In this document: in pieces, positions 26,909 through 39,582 of the stretch
Layout: each line of letters begins with the position of its first letter
Numbering within the stretch: the first letter of the stretch is position 1
Source: Tubiluchus corallicola
Taxonomy: Eukaryota > Animalia > Priapulida
Assembly: GCA_030141605.1 (NCBI GenBank)
Contig: JAQGDQ010000117.1
Location: 372,001 to 436,000 of the forward strand
Length of the DNA stretch: 64,000 bases
Direction of reading: 5' to 3'
Notes under the pieces: generated by a model
What the model saw: only the letters and a program-made list of their open reading frames with translations
What the model was told of the DNA's origin: nothing
Database searches by the model: none
Translations under genes and position numbers: made by a program

Positions 26909-29371
26909 TGTAAACTTTTGTGAGACCAGCGATTTGTAAGTTATTTTTTTTGCATTGTGATATACAGAGACAAATCTAATAGTTTTGTAAATGTACTGCT
27001 TTATTAGCTATCAAACTAAGTCAATAAAGCACTTCCTTGGCATAAAAATGTAACTTTATTACCTTTGTTAAATTTTTCATAGTATGCGGGACATATATGC
27101 ATTTAAAATGCCACCTTTAACACCTTACATATTATTTTGAACATTGATAGTAGTCCTCTCTATTAGTTTACTTTGTAATGTTTTTAAGAAATAAATAATT
27201 GTAAACTAGACTAATATGTATTTGCCAAACTTTGATATTATATTTATCTATTTGTAATGTAAGGCACGAAAATTTGTTTTTCGACACTCAGCGGTGCATC
27301 ACATATTTTTTTAAAAAATATCTCCAACTTCTAGTCCTAAGTTCAGCGTTTATCTAGAAATGGTTATACATAGAAATTTATTACACCTATTTGAACATTA
27401 GCTTAGTAATTAGCATCTAAAGTGTTTGTTAAAGATAAGGTTTAGTATTCCTTGAATATTTAAATTATTTATACCTGTGATGTTGCAAAACTTTTGTTAT
27501 TAAGAATTTAAACAAAAACTGTGCTACTTAATCGTAGTAAGTACTGTCCTTATTATTAGGCTAACAGTAACTTGAAATTTCAATGTATACCAAGTTTCAA
27601 TAAATAAAACTTAAATTTTAAACGAATCAGAAAGAGGAAATGTTGACAGTAATGTTATTTTTGTATTTACAAATATGTACATACTGTAAAGTCCAAGATT
27701 TATACTGAAAATGAAGTTTTAAAACCCAATTTACAAACAGCAGAATAGATTAAGTTTTACACAACTATAGGACTTTCATGTCATTTTACAGTACAAACTA
27801 AAACACACTATCTTCTTCCTTTCTAGCATATCTCCCATAATGAAATGAAAAATCTATATATTGTGAACAACCTTATCAGTAAACAAACAAATGTTAGTAA
27901 GTAAAACATTTGGGGATATTTGTGTTTCTGATTAAAAAACTGTTTCATATTTCGTGGCCAGCAATAGCATATACAGTCAAACCTGTTTATACCACACCTT
28001 TGGCACTGGAAAAAAGTTGACGTTAAAGTTGAGTTTAGAGTCATAATGAGGTGTGTTAAATTTTGCCACAAAACAGTCAGACGAGTGAACACAGATTAAG
28101 AGTCCTAAACTCTCGCTCAAAAGATTAATGAATTAAAAGAAAATTATTAAATTAATATTTTGTGAATTAATGACTCACTCAAAATCAATCAAATTTATTA
28201 AGAACTTTTTGTTTACATAATAAACATGTCAAGTATTCAACTACATATATGAAAGACTGTAGGCCAACTGCTCCATTAAACATGTCTGTATGTCAAAAAA
28301 AAAGTTAAGTCATAACTACGCATTTCTTGCTGGGATTTGCGTGAATGATTTTAATAAACAAACATATATCACCCTTCTTGCTGGTGAAAAAAAGCCACGT
28401 GTTTTCTTGTCAGTATCCATTATGACTCCATGCCAGTGAGCGGTGGATTCATTGTGATTATACAATATAAAGTGCAGTTGGCAAGCAATCGAAATGTGAT
28501 GACATGCATTCTTTTATACAACATGTGATGTCTAGCCATGTCTATGACTCAGCCATAATTGTAGCAACCTTACACATCGGGCATTATATTAAGAAGCCGC
28601 TGGTGTTAGTTGAGAGCTTTCAGACAGCTGGTGGTATTTCACATATTAATTTGCCTGCCGGATGGCGGTTAACGGGTGGCGCTATAACGGGTTATTTGTA
28701 TACACAGTTGAAGACAGCCGTTTCATTCCTGCCATTTTGCAGGTGGTAAACAAGTCTGCTGGTATAACAGGGAGCAGTATAACAAGGTAGATGAAACAAG
28801 GAATGATAATTAGGGCTTGATATATCATCGGAATGGATGCCTATTAATGCAAAGTGATTGTTTTTCATCGACATGCACAAGCTTCAGCTACGCTTGCACT
28901 TTTGTAATAACCTTTCAACTGTTTAAATAACAAGATTCGGCCATTTTGTAATAACCTTTATACACAACAGGAAACAATTTCCTGTGAATTCTAAAAGGTG
29001 CCACGATTCCCAGTCATGAAAATCTACTGCAAAAAAGTTACTCCGACGATTTATGGTCAGTTATTACATGCGATGCCATTTCTAACAATGTCAATGTCAA
29101 AATCAATAGTCGTATCATTTTTTTAAATGCAATCAGCAGTGACATAATCAAGTAGACTCAGAAATTTGTTAATAAAACATTTGCATATGAAGTAGGCGAT
29201 ATTATGAAGGCAACTTGTCCTGGGCTTACAGCAAAAAACCCAGGTCATTGGCCCACAGTTGTCAGAAAAATAATTCAGTGAATATTTTTGTTATTTACAT
29301 GGAATTGTCACTACCTTGTGTTTTTGCTGTTTATTTACAATTCTTTCGTTCATAATTACAACCATCATCAT

Positions 29372-32300
29372 TCATTTGTTTGTATAATACAACTTAGCCA
29401 TTTCGGCTATGTTAGTGGGAGGTGGGGCAGGAGCAATAGGTGGAGGGGGAGGAGGTTGAAAAACTGGAGGTCTAATTGATGGTACCTGTACACCAGAAGC
29501 AGCATGTGGATTGGGAGAAAAGCTTCTGGGATTTGTTGTGCAGCTGTCACTAAATGGCTGATGGTTCAGCCTTTGAGGGGGAGGTGAGAAATAAGAGGGG
29601 TTATTAGGTGGCTGATAGGGCGAGCCTTGCATCCTACTACCACCGTTATACCATGGGGATGATTGAAAACTTGTGGGTGGAAGTCGTTGACGCATAACAA
29701 ATGAGGGAGACCTCGGTCTGGAAAATCGTAACTGTCCAAATTCTTGGTGCTGGCCGAATGGAAAACCACGTGGATACCTTGGTGGTAGCTGTTGCACCGA
29801 ACACGGTGGTCTCGCCAACTCATATTGCAAATGCGAAGGCACACAAGATCTCTGATCCTTGGGCACTACTTCTTCGGAAATATTCCTTTGCGAGAAAGTT
29901 TCTTTAGAATGTGGAAATGTCTGTCCTTGCCCTGCGTTTCCTGCACGAAACCTGGTAATATCAAGACGAGTTATATCACACAATTCTACTTCTAATGTAA
30001 ATTAAATTGCATAATGATAAACGAATGCCGTAATTAAGCTATATAGTATGTGGGCTTACAATTCTAGTGCATTTACTGAAAGCCACCTATACTTATTTTT
30101 ATAGCAGGATGTTGACTCAAATACTTTGAAAACAGTAATGGTTACAATAAGCAATCAAACTATGTATAAAACAGCCACAGCTTTCACTCAAACCGCTAAG
30201 TATAATATTTGTGTTTGGAAACAAATTCATTTTAAAAAGTTTATGGTCACCAAAAGGTCACTCAAAATTAATTAAAATTTAATGAACCAATACATCTATG
30301 AGGCTAAAAACATCAACTAGAGTATAATCTTCTTATAACGAGTCTCAAGGGACCGTCAAAATTTGCTCACTATAACTGACTCTCATTATAGCCAAAGTCA
30401 GTTATTTAAGCCGGAGAGCCTGTAGGTAACTGTTGTACGTCAGCAATAATAGTATTGAGAACATGGACATACTGCTTTAGTATATTAATATGTAATAAAC
30501 ATGAGGATAGATATATAAACATTTTAAAACAGGCTGAAATATTTTTTATGCAGATGTCAAAAAATTGATAAAAATACATACTAATATACATATTATTAAA
30601 AACTTTCTTTACAATAAGTGAAAATTAGGCAAAACTGAGGTTTAAAACATTTTTCTTAACTTTCCCCTGCAAAATGGGGGATATGCCTTATACCCCAATG
30701 ACTTTTACATGGCGAAAAATACAGCAATCATAAATTTAGGCAAAGCATATTTAATACAGGCATATTTTCATTTTTGTATGAGGAAGGTGATGTTGTTGAA
30801 TGCCAACGAAGTTGTAATATTACTTAATAATCATTTTTTTAGAAAAGGACGAAAGCAACCTCAATTAATAATTTCCTTAATTAATTCTATAAGGCTGCTG
30901 GAATTCAGGGACAAACGGACAGAAGTTGCTTGTGCTCAGTACCTCTTCTTTTTCCTCGGTCTTTTTTTACGATGCTCAATTCTATCTACTGAAGGTACTT
31001 CTTTTCTCATTCTAGCAGCCCACTTTGCTTTAGTCTGCCTTTCTTTTTCATCATCAGAAAAATCCTGCAGCTCTGGAGGACACTCCTCATCTGATTCCCA
31101 GGAAGCATCTGTAAATTTCATCCTGTATGATACAGAAAAACGGTTAAGTGTAAAAATGTCACAATACATGGCAACAGTAATAATGCACTGTAATGTTATC
31201 AAACTGCAATAAAGTATAAACAAAATAAAGATAAAACACAGTCACTATAAAAGTAAGCTTAATTTGCTCAAAGTACTAAAATGTTAGGCCAAAGTTTCAT
31301 ATTAAGATTTATAACAGCTTAGAAAATTTACATATATGATTCAGTAATAAATTTAGTGATTATTTGAAAAACAGGTAGCCATGAGTCATTAAACAAAGAC
31401 ATTATTTCAAAACTATTCCATCAAAATGTTTACACGAAATTTAATCCTGCATTGTAAACCACTGTTTCAGTTTTATATACAAGTCATATTCAGCAGTCTC
31501 TGCATGGTGACAGTGTTGCTCTAGGGCTTCTTAGTAAGAGAGTAAATAGACACATTTCGAGTCCGAGTTGTAAGAAAAACCTCTTCCAATGCACTTGAAT
31601 ACGAATTAATGCATCTAGTTGTTACCCTCTGACTGTTCTGTTTGCTATTAATGAAACAAAATATGTTTACTACCAATGAAACTAAATAGATACCTTCGAA
31701 GCTGTTCTGTAAAAACATATGTTGTCCATTGAATCTTTTTTGGGGCAAAGAAGACTTTTAATCCAGGCTTGACAGCATCAATGTCTTTAAAGCAAGCAGC
31801 ATAGAATGGTGATACGACAGGTCCAAATACTTCGCACACCTACACTTAGAAAAAGCTTACAGTACAGTTGTTAATTTGTTCACATTGTGAAACATATTTT
31901 CACAGTTAGCTAAAAAGAAACTACATGAGCATTAAGAATAGTTCAATTTCAGATATTCCGTTTGATTTTTCTCATAACTAATTACCACAAGCATGTACTA
32001 GTCATTCCACTACTCGAAGTGAAGGATAAATTTTGTGTTTAACAATACAGGACTATCAAAACTACTTACAGAAGTATGAGTAACTGAAAGTAAGAGCTGT
32101 AATGGTAAGATAATGCAACATTCAATCAAAGCATTGATGCTACCATTTTAAAAACATGTGAGGTAAAATGCTAATTGTTTTGGTCTCACTGACATGAAAT
32201 GAATTATACAGTGCAGCCCATCTGCAAAACAAGCCTTGCTGAGAAAGGCAAGACGTATAAAAATTAAATGGTCTAATAAAAGTTTACAGTAATACCTACC

Positions 32301-35300
32301 AAACCCAAAATCTGTCGTTCCTCATTAAATAACACCGACTGAATGTCCAATGCAGGAGTGTCGCTATTGGCCTGAATAACGGCAAATTGTTGAACTATGT
32401 GACTAACAAAACCCAGTTCACACAGCTCCACTGTTTCATCAACAGAGTCAGGTAATTCATTCTAAAATAAATGTGAATGGTGACATTAAAGGAAAAGACT
32501 ATCCTCTTTTAAACAGAGTTCAAAATGTGTTGTGTACTGCAGCAAACAATTGCCCGCACTTGGGTTAATTTACATACAGTAATTCTATGTGCTCCAAAAA
32601 AGGATTCATTTTTCAGTTTATGCTCAAGGTTATCAACTCACAAAAGTTACAATGCACACGTATTCCTTCTTTTTTTGAAATTTTGAAAAAGTATGCAAAA
32701 ATAGGTACATTTCATACTGGTTACAAAGACCCAGCGCATGTATCTCCCCATACAAAATGTGATTACTAGATAGGACCATAAAGAGTCTCAACACAGACTA
32801 TTAATGCCGTAAAATGTGTATTAGTGCTAGAGAAAACTACTAATATTACAATTTAATTGACAAAGACTGAACCTTGTGCAACATTACAATGGTTTCTTCA
32901 ATTGGCAATTGTGAAGGCCAAATCAAGTACGTACGTTGCTTTCATATAATGACTGAAAATGTAATCAAACTTGCTTACCACCTAATCTATGTCTCAGAAG
33001 ATAAGCCGAAAGTTGGCTGAAACTTGAATACGAATGGCTGCATTTACATTTACTACAATACAATACTGATATGAATTTCAGTTAGTTTGCAGCTTATGTG
33101 ACTAGGTAGAATTTATTTTTTACACAACTGACAATAAAACCTTGTATTGTATGGCAAAATAGTTAATTTCACATAACTGCTGCACAATTTAACTTTTAAT
33201 TTTCATAAAATTATGTCAGTATTGTAGAACTTATTTGAGAACTTCAGATTTTTCACTTCGCCGTGGGTTGCACACAACACAACCAAGTCCACTTGACAAG
33301 TAGTTCAGACAGCAAAACATTGCTGACTTTTTTGTGTTTGTATGTGACTGTGACAGAATAAGCCTTTTCACAGTTTTTGTGCACACAAGCAGTTGCTAAA
33401 GGTCAAAGGTTAAGCATACCACAGCAACGAGTCTTAATTACAACCATCACATGACATGTGTGTAAAGCAAAACCATCTGCCACATCGTTCAGTAACTTCA
33501 GTTGTTTTACATGGACTTTACTTAATTACACATTGGTCTGCTAGTAGAGTGAGTTACTAGCAGGATCTTCCTTGGGAACAGGAAAAAAAATGAACCATGT
33601 AAGGTTCTAGATAGCTGTTAAAACTGTTACTTTTACAATAGCTTGATCTGGAGTTGTTGTCAAGTGCACACAAATGTGTTGTCTGGTTTACTTAACCTTT
33701 GACCTTTTCATGACTATCATCAATCGCTGGAACTGTGAGAGGCTTATTAAAAGTCAACAAAGCATATACCTTTAGTAATATCTAAATTACCTATGGAATG
33801 GTTTTGCGCATGCTGGTCTGCATACGTGATATCAATAATAGGAGTTCAGTTACTTATTTTTGTAACGCATGCAAACTTCAGAAAAATAAACACAATTCAA
33901 GGAATAAAAACTCTTGAACAAAGACCCAACTTTTGTGCAACTTACTAAGTCTGCAGCATGTGCTGGAATTTCTTCCACCCAAGTTTCCTTTTTTGGTCTC
34001 CTTGGCTGCTCTGGTTTCGCAGTTATAGCATCGCTGAAATTAAATTTAAGCTAACTGATTCAACAAGTATCCCATAACAGAAGATTTCGAAATTTAGCAT
34101 GCAAAAAACTTTAAGCACAAAAACTGTCAAGCTTTGCATCTCTGCCAAGGCCCAAGATCCAGCACTGCACTCAAATACATTATACTAAGACAAGCAAACC
34201 TCAAACTAGATGCACAGGAATGAATTCTCAGTTCTGTGCAACATCACACTATGCGCACTTTTAAAACTGTCAGATTAAGTCATCAGCTGTGAAAGCCACT
34301 GTTGATCTCATAAGTCATATTGTACCATAATGTGAGCTTGGTTGCATATACAGTAGCTGCCGCTTAATACACTGTTTTGGGGATGGAAGTGTTTTGACCC
34401 AATTTAATCTGTTAGCCGATAGATGCAATATTACTAGTACATAAGAGTCATCATTCTTCAACTCAGGATGCACTGTAAAGGCTGCAAGTGCTCTAAATAT
34501 TAGGTCTTTACCGTCTTTATATGTATGTTTTGTATTTTTCAAAATTAACTCTATGCTCTTTGTTGCTCTATGATATTTATGTTTGTAAAGTTGCCAAAAA
34601 TACTGGTAGATTGCTGCCACTGCACCAGTTAACTGACTAAACGTTCCGTGAAAAATAGCAAGAGCATGTGATTAGAAAGTTTAGCATAAATTCTTGGGCA
34701 ATGAGGTTAAGCACCAGATGAGTAGGTGACAGATTCAAAGCAAAAATGCTATGTTAGCATATTAGCACCCGATAAATATACTTGCTTACAAACAAAGCTA
34801 TACTTAACATGACTATTTGTACTTATATTATAATACCTGAAAGCAAAGAAAAAATGACATAAAAGTAGTAAAACCTCTTTGACCACACACAAGTGTCTTA
34901 TTTTAAGTACCTAGAGCAAAAATTTTGAGTCAGTTATGCAGAGTTATTTGAGTCAATTGCAATGAGTTAATTGAATAATTAGTAATTTATACTAACAGCA
35001 GTTTTTTTAATAACATTATAATGCCCATATCATGAATGAAAAAAACTTCATGTAATGCTCTGTCTTGAAGCAACATGTTTTGCCCAGCTTGCATTTGTGT
35101 AGTCTATTTAATATGACAGTAAGTCTGAATTATTCATTAAAGTTTTCCCATTAATAATTTATGTTTTCTAGCAAACAATAATCTTAACTTGCTACTGATG
35201 TTGAATTTTTTTTAATACTAAACACAGGAAAACTAATAGCATTCAGATTCAGATTTAATTTTAGACAAATTATTACCTGATAGTGGAACTTGATTCTGAA

Positions 35301-35899
35301 GATGATTCACTGCTCGAATCACTTGATGAGCTCGATACTGATCTGTGTTCACGACTGTTTATTACAACCAAATCACCTGGCTGTCCAAATGATCTTGCGG
35401 CACTAACATCATCATTATTATCATCATCATTATTACAATCATTGTCATCTGTATCACTACTCGATGATGAACTGGACTCAGAAGATGACGATATTGAATC
35501 AGAGTCAGTATCAGTACTAGATGAAGATTCTAATAAATTATTCCTTGAAAGTGCATCACTCTTTAGTTTAAAAGCAGACGAAGTCTGATGTGCAAGTCTT
35601 TCTGTCGTGTTATTAGACTGAATATGACAAGCTTCTTTGCTATTTCCGACAGTATTTTCAACAGGAATATCCAAATTTTTGCAATATCTTTTCAGAGAAT
35701 TGGCAACTGCATCAGTCTGCGTCTTTGCGCGATTATTATGTGGTAAAATTTGGCTATCATCAAAACCAACAGCAGAGTCATTCAACAACAAATTGGAATT
35801 GTCAATCTCATCAACAGATTTATCACCACAAACAACTGACAAGCACTCACTAAGTAATTCTTGAACACAAGTATCAAGGCTGATTCTGGTGTCATCCAT
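29372..35899 (-). CDS. NAF1: H/ACA ribonucleoprotein assembly factor NAF1, 592 aa, 6 coding exons
   Basis: Exons (minus): 35899-35277, 34033-33946, 32461-32300, 31839-31694, 31122-30943, 29951-29372 (1779 nt, phases consistent). Gar1/Naf1 domain (ELCELGFVSHIVQQFAVIQAN...VCEVFGPVVSPFY), NAF1 motif DASWESDEECPPELQDFSDDEKE, Ser/Asp-rich N-terminus and Pro-rich C-terminus. The start codon is assumed at 35899, immediately after an acceptor. Confidence 0.92.
33361..33744. mobile_element. MITE (possibly PIF/Harbinger-like), copy 2, in a NAF1 intron
   Basis: TIR agccttttcacagtt ... aactgtgagaggct flanked by ta/ta; the internal sequence matches 24490-24903 inverted. Confidence 0.78.
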
Positions 35900-37019
35900 C
35901 CTGAGTAAAAAATGCCTGTTTGGTGGTTGAAACTATATAATCTCACATTCACGTAACATTCCTACAACATCATAGAATGAAAATGATCAAATTTTCAAAA
36001 TCAGACCAATATAACATAATGTGACTGCGAAATGTTACAGCTACTCAAGTATGAAATCAATAATTTTAACAAATAATTAGTGCTTCATCACTAGCAAGTT
36101 TGCTGCTTTGGAAATGAAGCCATTTTGTAGTGTAGAATTATACTACTGCTAATAACTAACTCTCACTGACTGTAAGTAGAAGAAAGAATAGCTACACAAC
36201 ATCATCTATCACATTCATGATTGGTCATCAAAGCATGTCACTACCTATAATTGTAACAGGCCTCATCAAAGCATAAACCAAGTTAAATGTCAATCATCAC
36301 TCATCATGAACACAAAGTTATAATATAAGAAAAGCTATAATATAAGATGTTTCCATTACTGAACATACCATCATTAGTGCATTTTTGCCAACTTTGTAAA
36401 GGACCAAATGTTCATTGATATTCATCTTAAAAATGTATCATATATCATTATTGTCATTAAATTTCATGTTCAATTGACATTAGATAATTTTACAATCATC
36501 ATGTGAATCATTATTGTGCAATACGGCAACAATACTATAGAATATTCTAAGCCACCTATGCAAAATCAGGTAATGGATGACCTAATAACAATCATTGTCT
36601 ACACAGTGTTCTACGTGTTCAAAACAAAACGGAATCCAAATAAATTCAAAATCATCTAAATCATTACCAACACAGAAATGGACCAAGAGAGTGAACCTAA
36701 ACTGGGTAAGTTGTATTCTATATTTATCAGCGGATAACTTAGTTGACATAATAAAACTACAGAATAATAAAACTAACAAAAAACCTAAAAATAAGTTAAC
36801 TGCTCAGTCATAATTTTCCATTTACCATCTCTGCAGCCCTAATTGTGTTAGTCCTTGGAACTTTAACTTATTGTTATATCTCATCAGAATACATCAATGT
36901 CAACAACTAACAAACAGAAATTAAAAAAAACACCCAGTTGGCAGGAACAATGACAGCAAACCTATTCATCAATGTTGTAGTAAGCAAAGGCTCCACAGAA
37001 TATAGAATATCAATAGGCA

Positions 37020-37970
37020 GGCCAGCATTCATCAAGTCGATTTTTAAAACTATTTATGCTCAGAACTGAATCACTTATGCTGGTAATGCGTTCCATGGGT
37101 TTGCCACGTGATTTCCTAAAAACCGCATTCTCAGTGCTTTAGTGGATTTGCTTTTGGCTAACTTGAAAACATGGTCCTGTGTGGTAGGCCGTTTAACATC
37201 ACCACCACCACATCACAGAAGTTCCACAATCCGTTCCATTAATAAAAAAACATGGTGCTGTGTACTCCAATTTACTTCTGGCCCCTGCTTACAACACTAG
37301 TAACCCAAAATTATTATAAAAGAGAAAGATTATGAACATCATTTCCAGACAAAAATGTAGATACCAACTGCCGATAGTGCTTTCCATAACGGTTAGAACA
37401 TTGTGAGATCAGTCGTGTAGCAAAACAGTTATCTGCATATAAATAGTAAAGGATTCATGGTGCCATTTGTGGACAGATATTTGCAAAAACAATCTCTACC
37501 TCCAATCATGCCTCAAAGGTATTAATATAGGAGACCTCTAGTACATAAATATTTGTCTAGTGCATTTTCAAAACCATCGACTGTTTGTAGTTTTATAAAT
37601 TTTTCCGGTAAGAAATTCTGTAGATTTATTTCGGCATTTGAAAAGCCGTGCTTGTATCGCTCTGTGCTTGTAAAGTGTGAGTGAATGACCTCTGGTGCAA
37701 GTATGGCTTTTAAATTGAAGAAAGTTAAATGATTGATGCCGGTATATCTATGTACGATCTTGAACATCTCAATCAGTCTACTAAGTCGTCAACGAGAAGA
37801 GAGTCAATGGAGTCCAAGATGTTGTAACTTCTTAGTATATGGTAGACTGTCTAGTTGTTGGATCCTGTTGACTGCTGTCTCTTGCACTCATTCTAGGATG
37901 TTGATGTCCTTCTTAAAGTATGAGTCCCAAACCTGACTCACATTGTCTAAGTGAGGTCTGATTACAGACA
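37020..37970 (-). mobile_element. Degenerate CR1-type LINE ORF2 C-terminal fragments
   Basis: Minus strand gives VIRPHLDNVSQVWDSYFKKDINILE, MFKIVHRY...VDGFENALDKY and, near 37100, VANPWNALP. These are typical post-RT CR1 motifs, interrupted by stops. Confidence 0.75.
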
Positions 37971-37984
37971 TATATATATTAACT

Positions 37985-38960
37985 TTATTTATTTTAAGTT
38001 TAGTTTAGTTTATTCACATCCATTAGTACATCAAACGACATTCATTATAAAAAATAAAAATACAGTACAACAACTAGCATACTACATAACTAGCACTTAT
38101 TAAGGTTTGCAGGAGGACACAGAGAGCAAAGCTATTTACATGCATCTATCGAATTTAAGAAACCTAGTTGTTGAATCAACATGTTCGAGTATTTTACGAA
38201 ATAATTTAACATTTCCTGCAGTAACTAATGGCGAACCATCTACAGAAGCAGGCAATGAGTTCCATATTGGAACAACATGATTTGAGAGAAATTCATGAAA
38301 ATATGTTTCACATGTATGCCGCAGAAAAAGTTTTAATGAGTGATTATTCTTAGTTTTATTGCTTAAAGCTTTGGTAAAAAATGTTTCCCTGTTTAAATCA
38401 ACATCCTTATGCATAATTTTGTCACACATGCACACATCAGAAATTATGCATTTTCTTCTAATGATTTCAGACTTAGAATTTGTAATCTATGTGGGTATGA
38501 CTCATAATTAATTCCACATCAGCATCTTGTAAAGTAATGCTGAACATTTTGTACAACATCTAAATCACCAAGCAGATAAGGACTCCACACAGGAGAACAA
38601 TATTCAACCAATGGTCTGACATACATTTTATGAGCTTTCAATAAAGAATGTTTATTCACAAAAGAAAAAATTCTAAAGATCATATTGGTTATCCTGTTTG
38701 CTCGCATACAAATTTCAGCACAGTGGGCATTAAAGTTTAGGTTTTGTGATACATTTATTCCAAGATCTCGAACATTACTAGTAGTCTCAATTTCCAGATT
38801 TTGTAAATAATAGTTATTACCGGGATTATTTCTACCAATATGCAATGTGTTACATTTAGGTATAGCCATAGTCAGTTGTCATAGGTCTGCCCATGTTTTG
38901 ATTCTGTCAAGAGCTGACTGGATATCAGAAGTACCATCATTCTTAAGGTCGTAAGAAATA
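37985..38960 (-). mobile_element. 5'-truncated CR1-type LINE (RT C-terminus, 3' UTR and simple-repeat tail)
   Basis: ORFs 38519-38869 (KCNTLHIG...VRDLGINVSQNLNFNAH...YVRPLVEYCSPVWSPY...VQNVQHYFTR) and 38136-38435 (FLSNHVVPIWNSLP); tail aataaactaaactaaac near 37990-38012. Confidence 0.9.
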
Positions 38961-39442
38961 ATTACACAGAGATCATTATGTTCTGAAACATTTGATTCTG
39001 AACTAACTCTTTGCCATTCAAATAATACTGCGCTACAATTTGTGCTTTGAGTTGTAAATTCTAAGATCTCATTGCCAAAGAGAAAGCAATTCGATATTAA
39101 AATGGGGAGCGCTTAATGATTGATGGATAACACGTTATTTGATCACATTTTTTCATTCTAAAGCTAAAGCATTACCGCGTATGTCGTAACTCGTAGTTCA
39201 AAGCACGTGCTAAATACTGGCAGAGCTGCTATCATTTCTGAGTAAACGTAAACTTTGATTTGAGCAAAAATAATCTATGGTAATTTGTTAGCACCATTAA
39301 ATAAAAGAGATTGACAAATTGTAAACATTGCACATGCTTTTCCTCTCAGGTGCTAACTTTTGCTAAATTTATTTCGCAGTAATCATAATTTTTTTTAGTA
39401 TTCACGAATTGTCGTAAAATCAATCAACGAACATGATATTTG

Positions 39443-39452
39443 GCGCATGCGC
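39443..39452. promoter_or_regulatory. NRF1-type palindrome GCGCATGCGC in the NAF1/TIMM23 divergent promoter region
   Basis: Perfect core palindrome 131 nt upstream of the TIMM23 ATG, in otherwise CpG-poor DNA. Confidence 0.6.
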
Positions 39453-39582
39453 GTTACGCCATGATTGTCACTTATCGCACAACGTTTTCGGCAGGATGTC
39501 ATTGAAAATGGACATGATTATTGTAAGCGTGGTGTAATTGTAATCTGTATTTGCAACTTGAGAATTTTCTGTAATTGCAGAA

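Noticed and set aside
31684-31693. U12-type 5' splice site in NAF1 (gtatctattt)
   Set aside because: Does not match GTATCCTT, and no TCCTTAAC branch site is seen near the acceptor.
29952-35276. Intronic H/ACA or C/D snoRNAs in NAF1
   Set aside because: Looked for because of the host gene's function, but no convincing box and hairpin arrangement was visible by eye; an Infernal/snoReport scan would be needed.
35283-35864. Plus-strand ORFs antisense to NAF1 exon 1
   Set aside because: Antisense shadow of the Ser/Asp-rich low-complexity NAF1 coding sequence.
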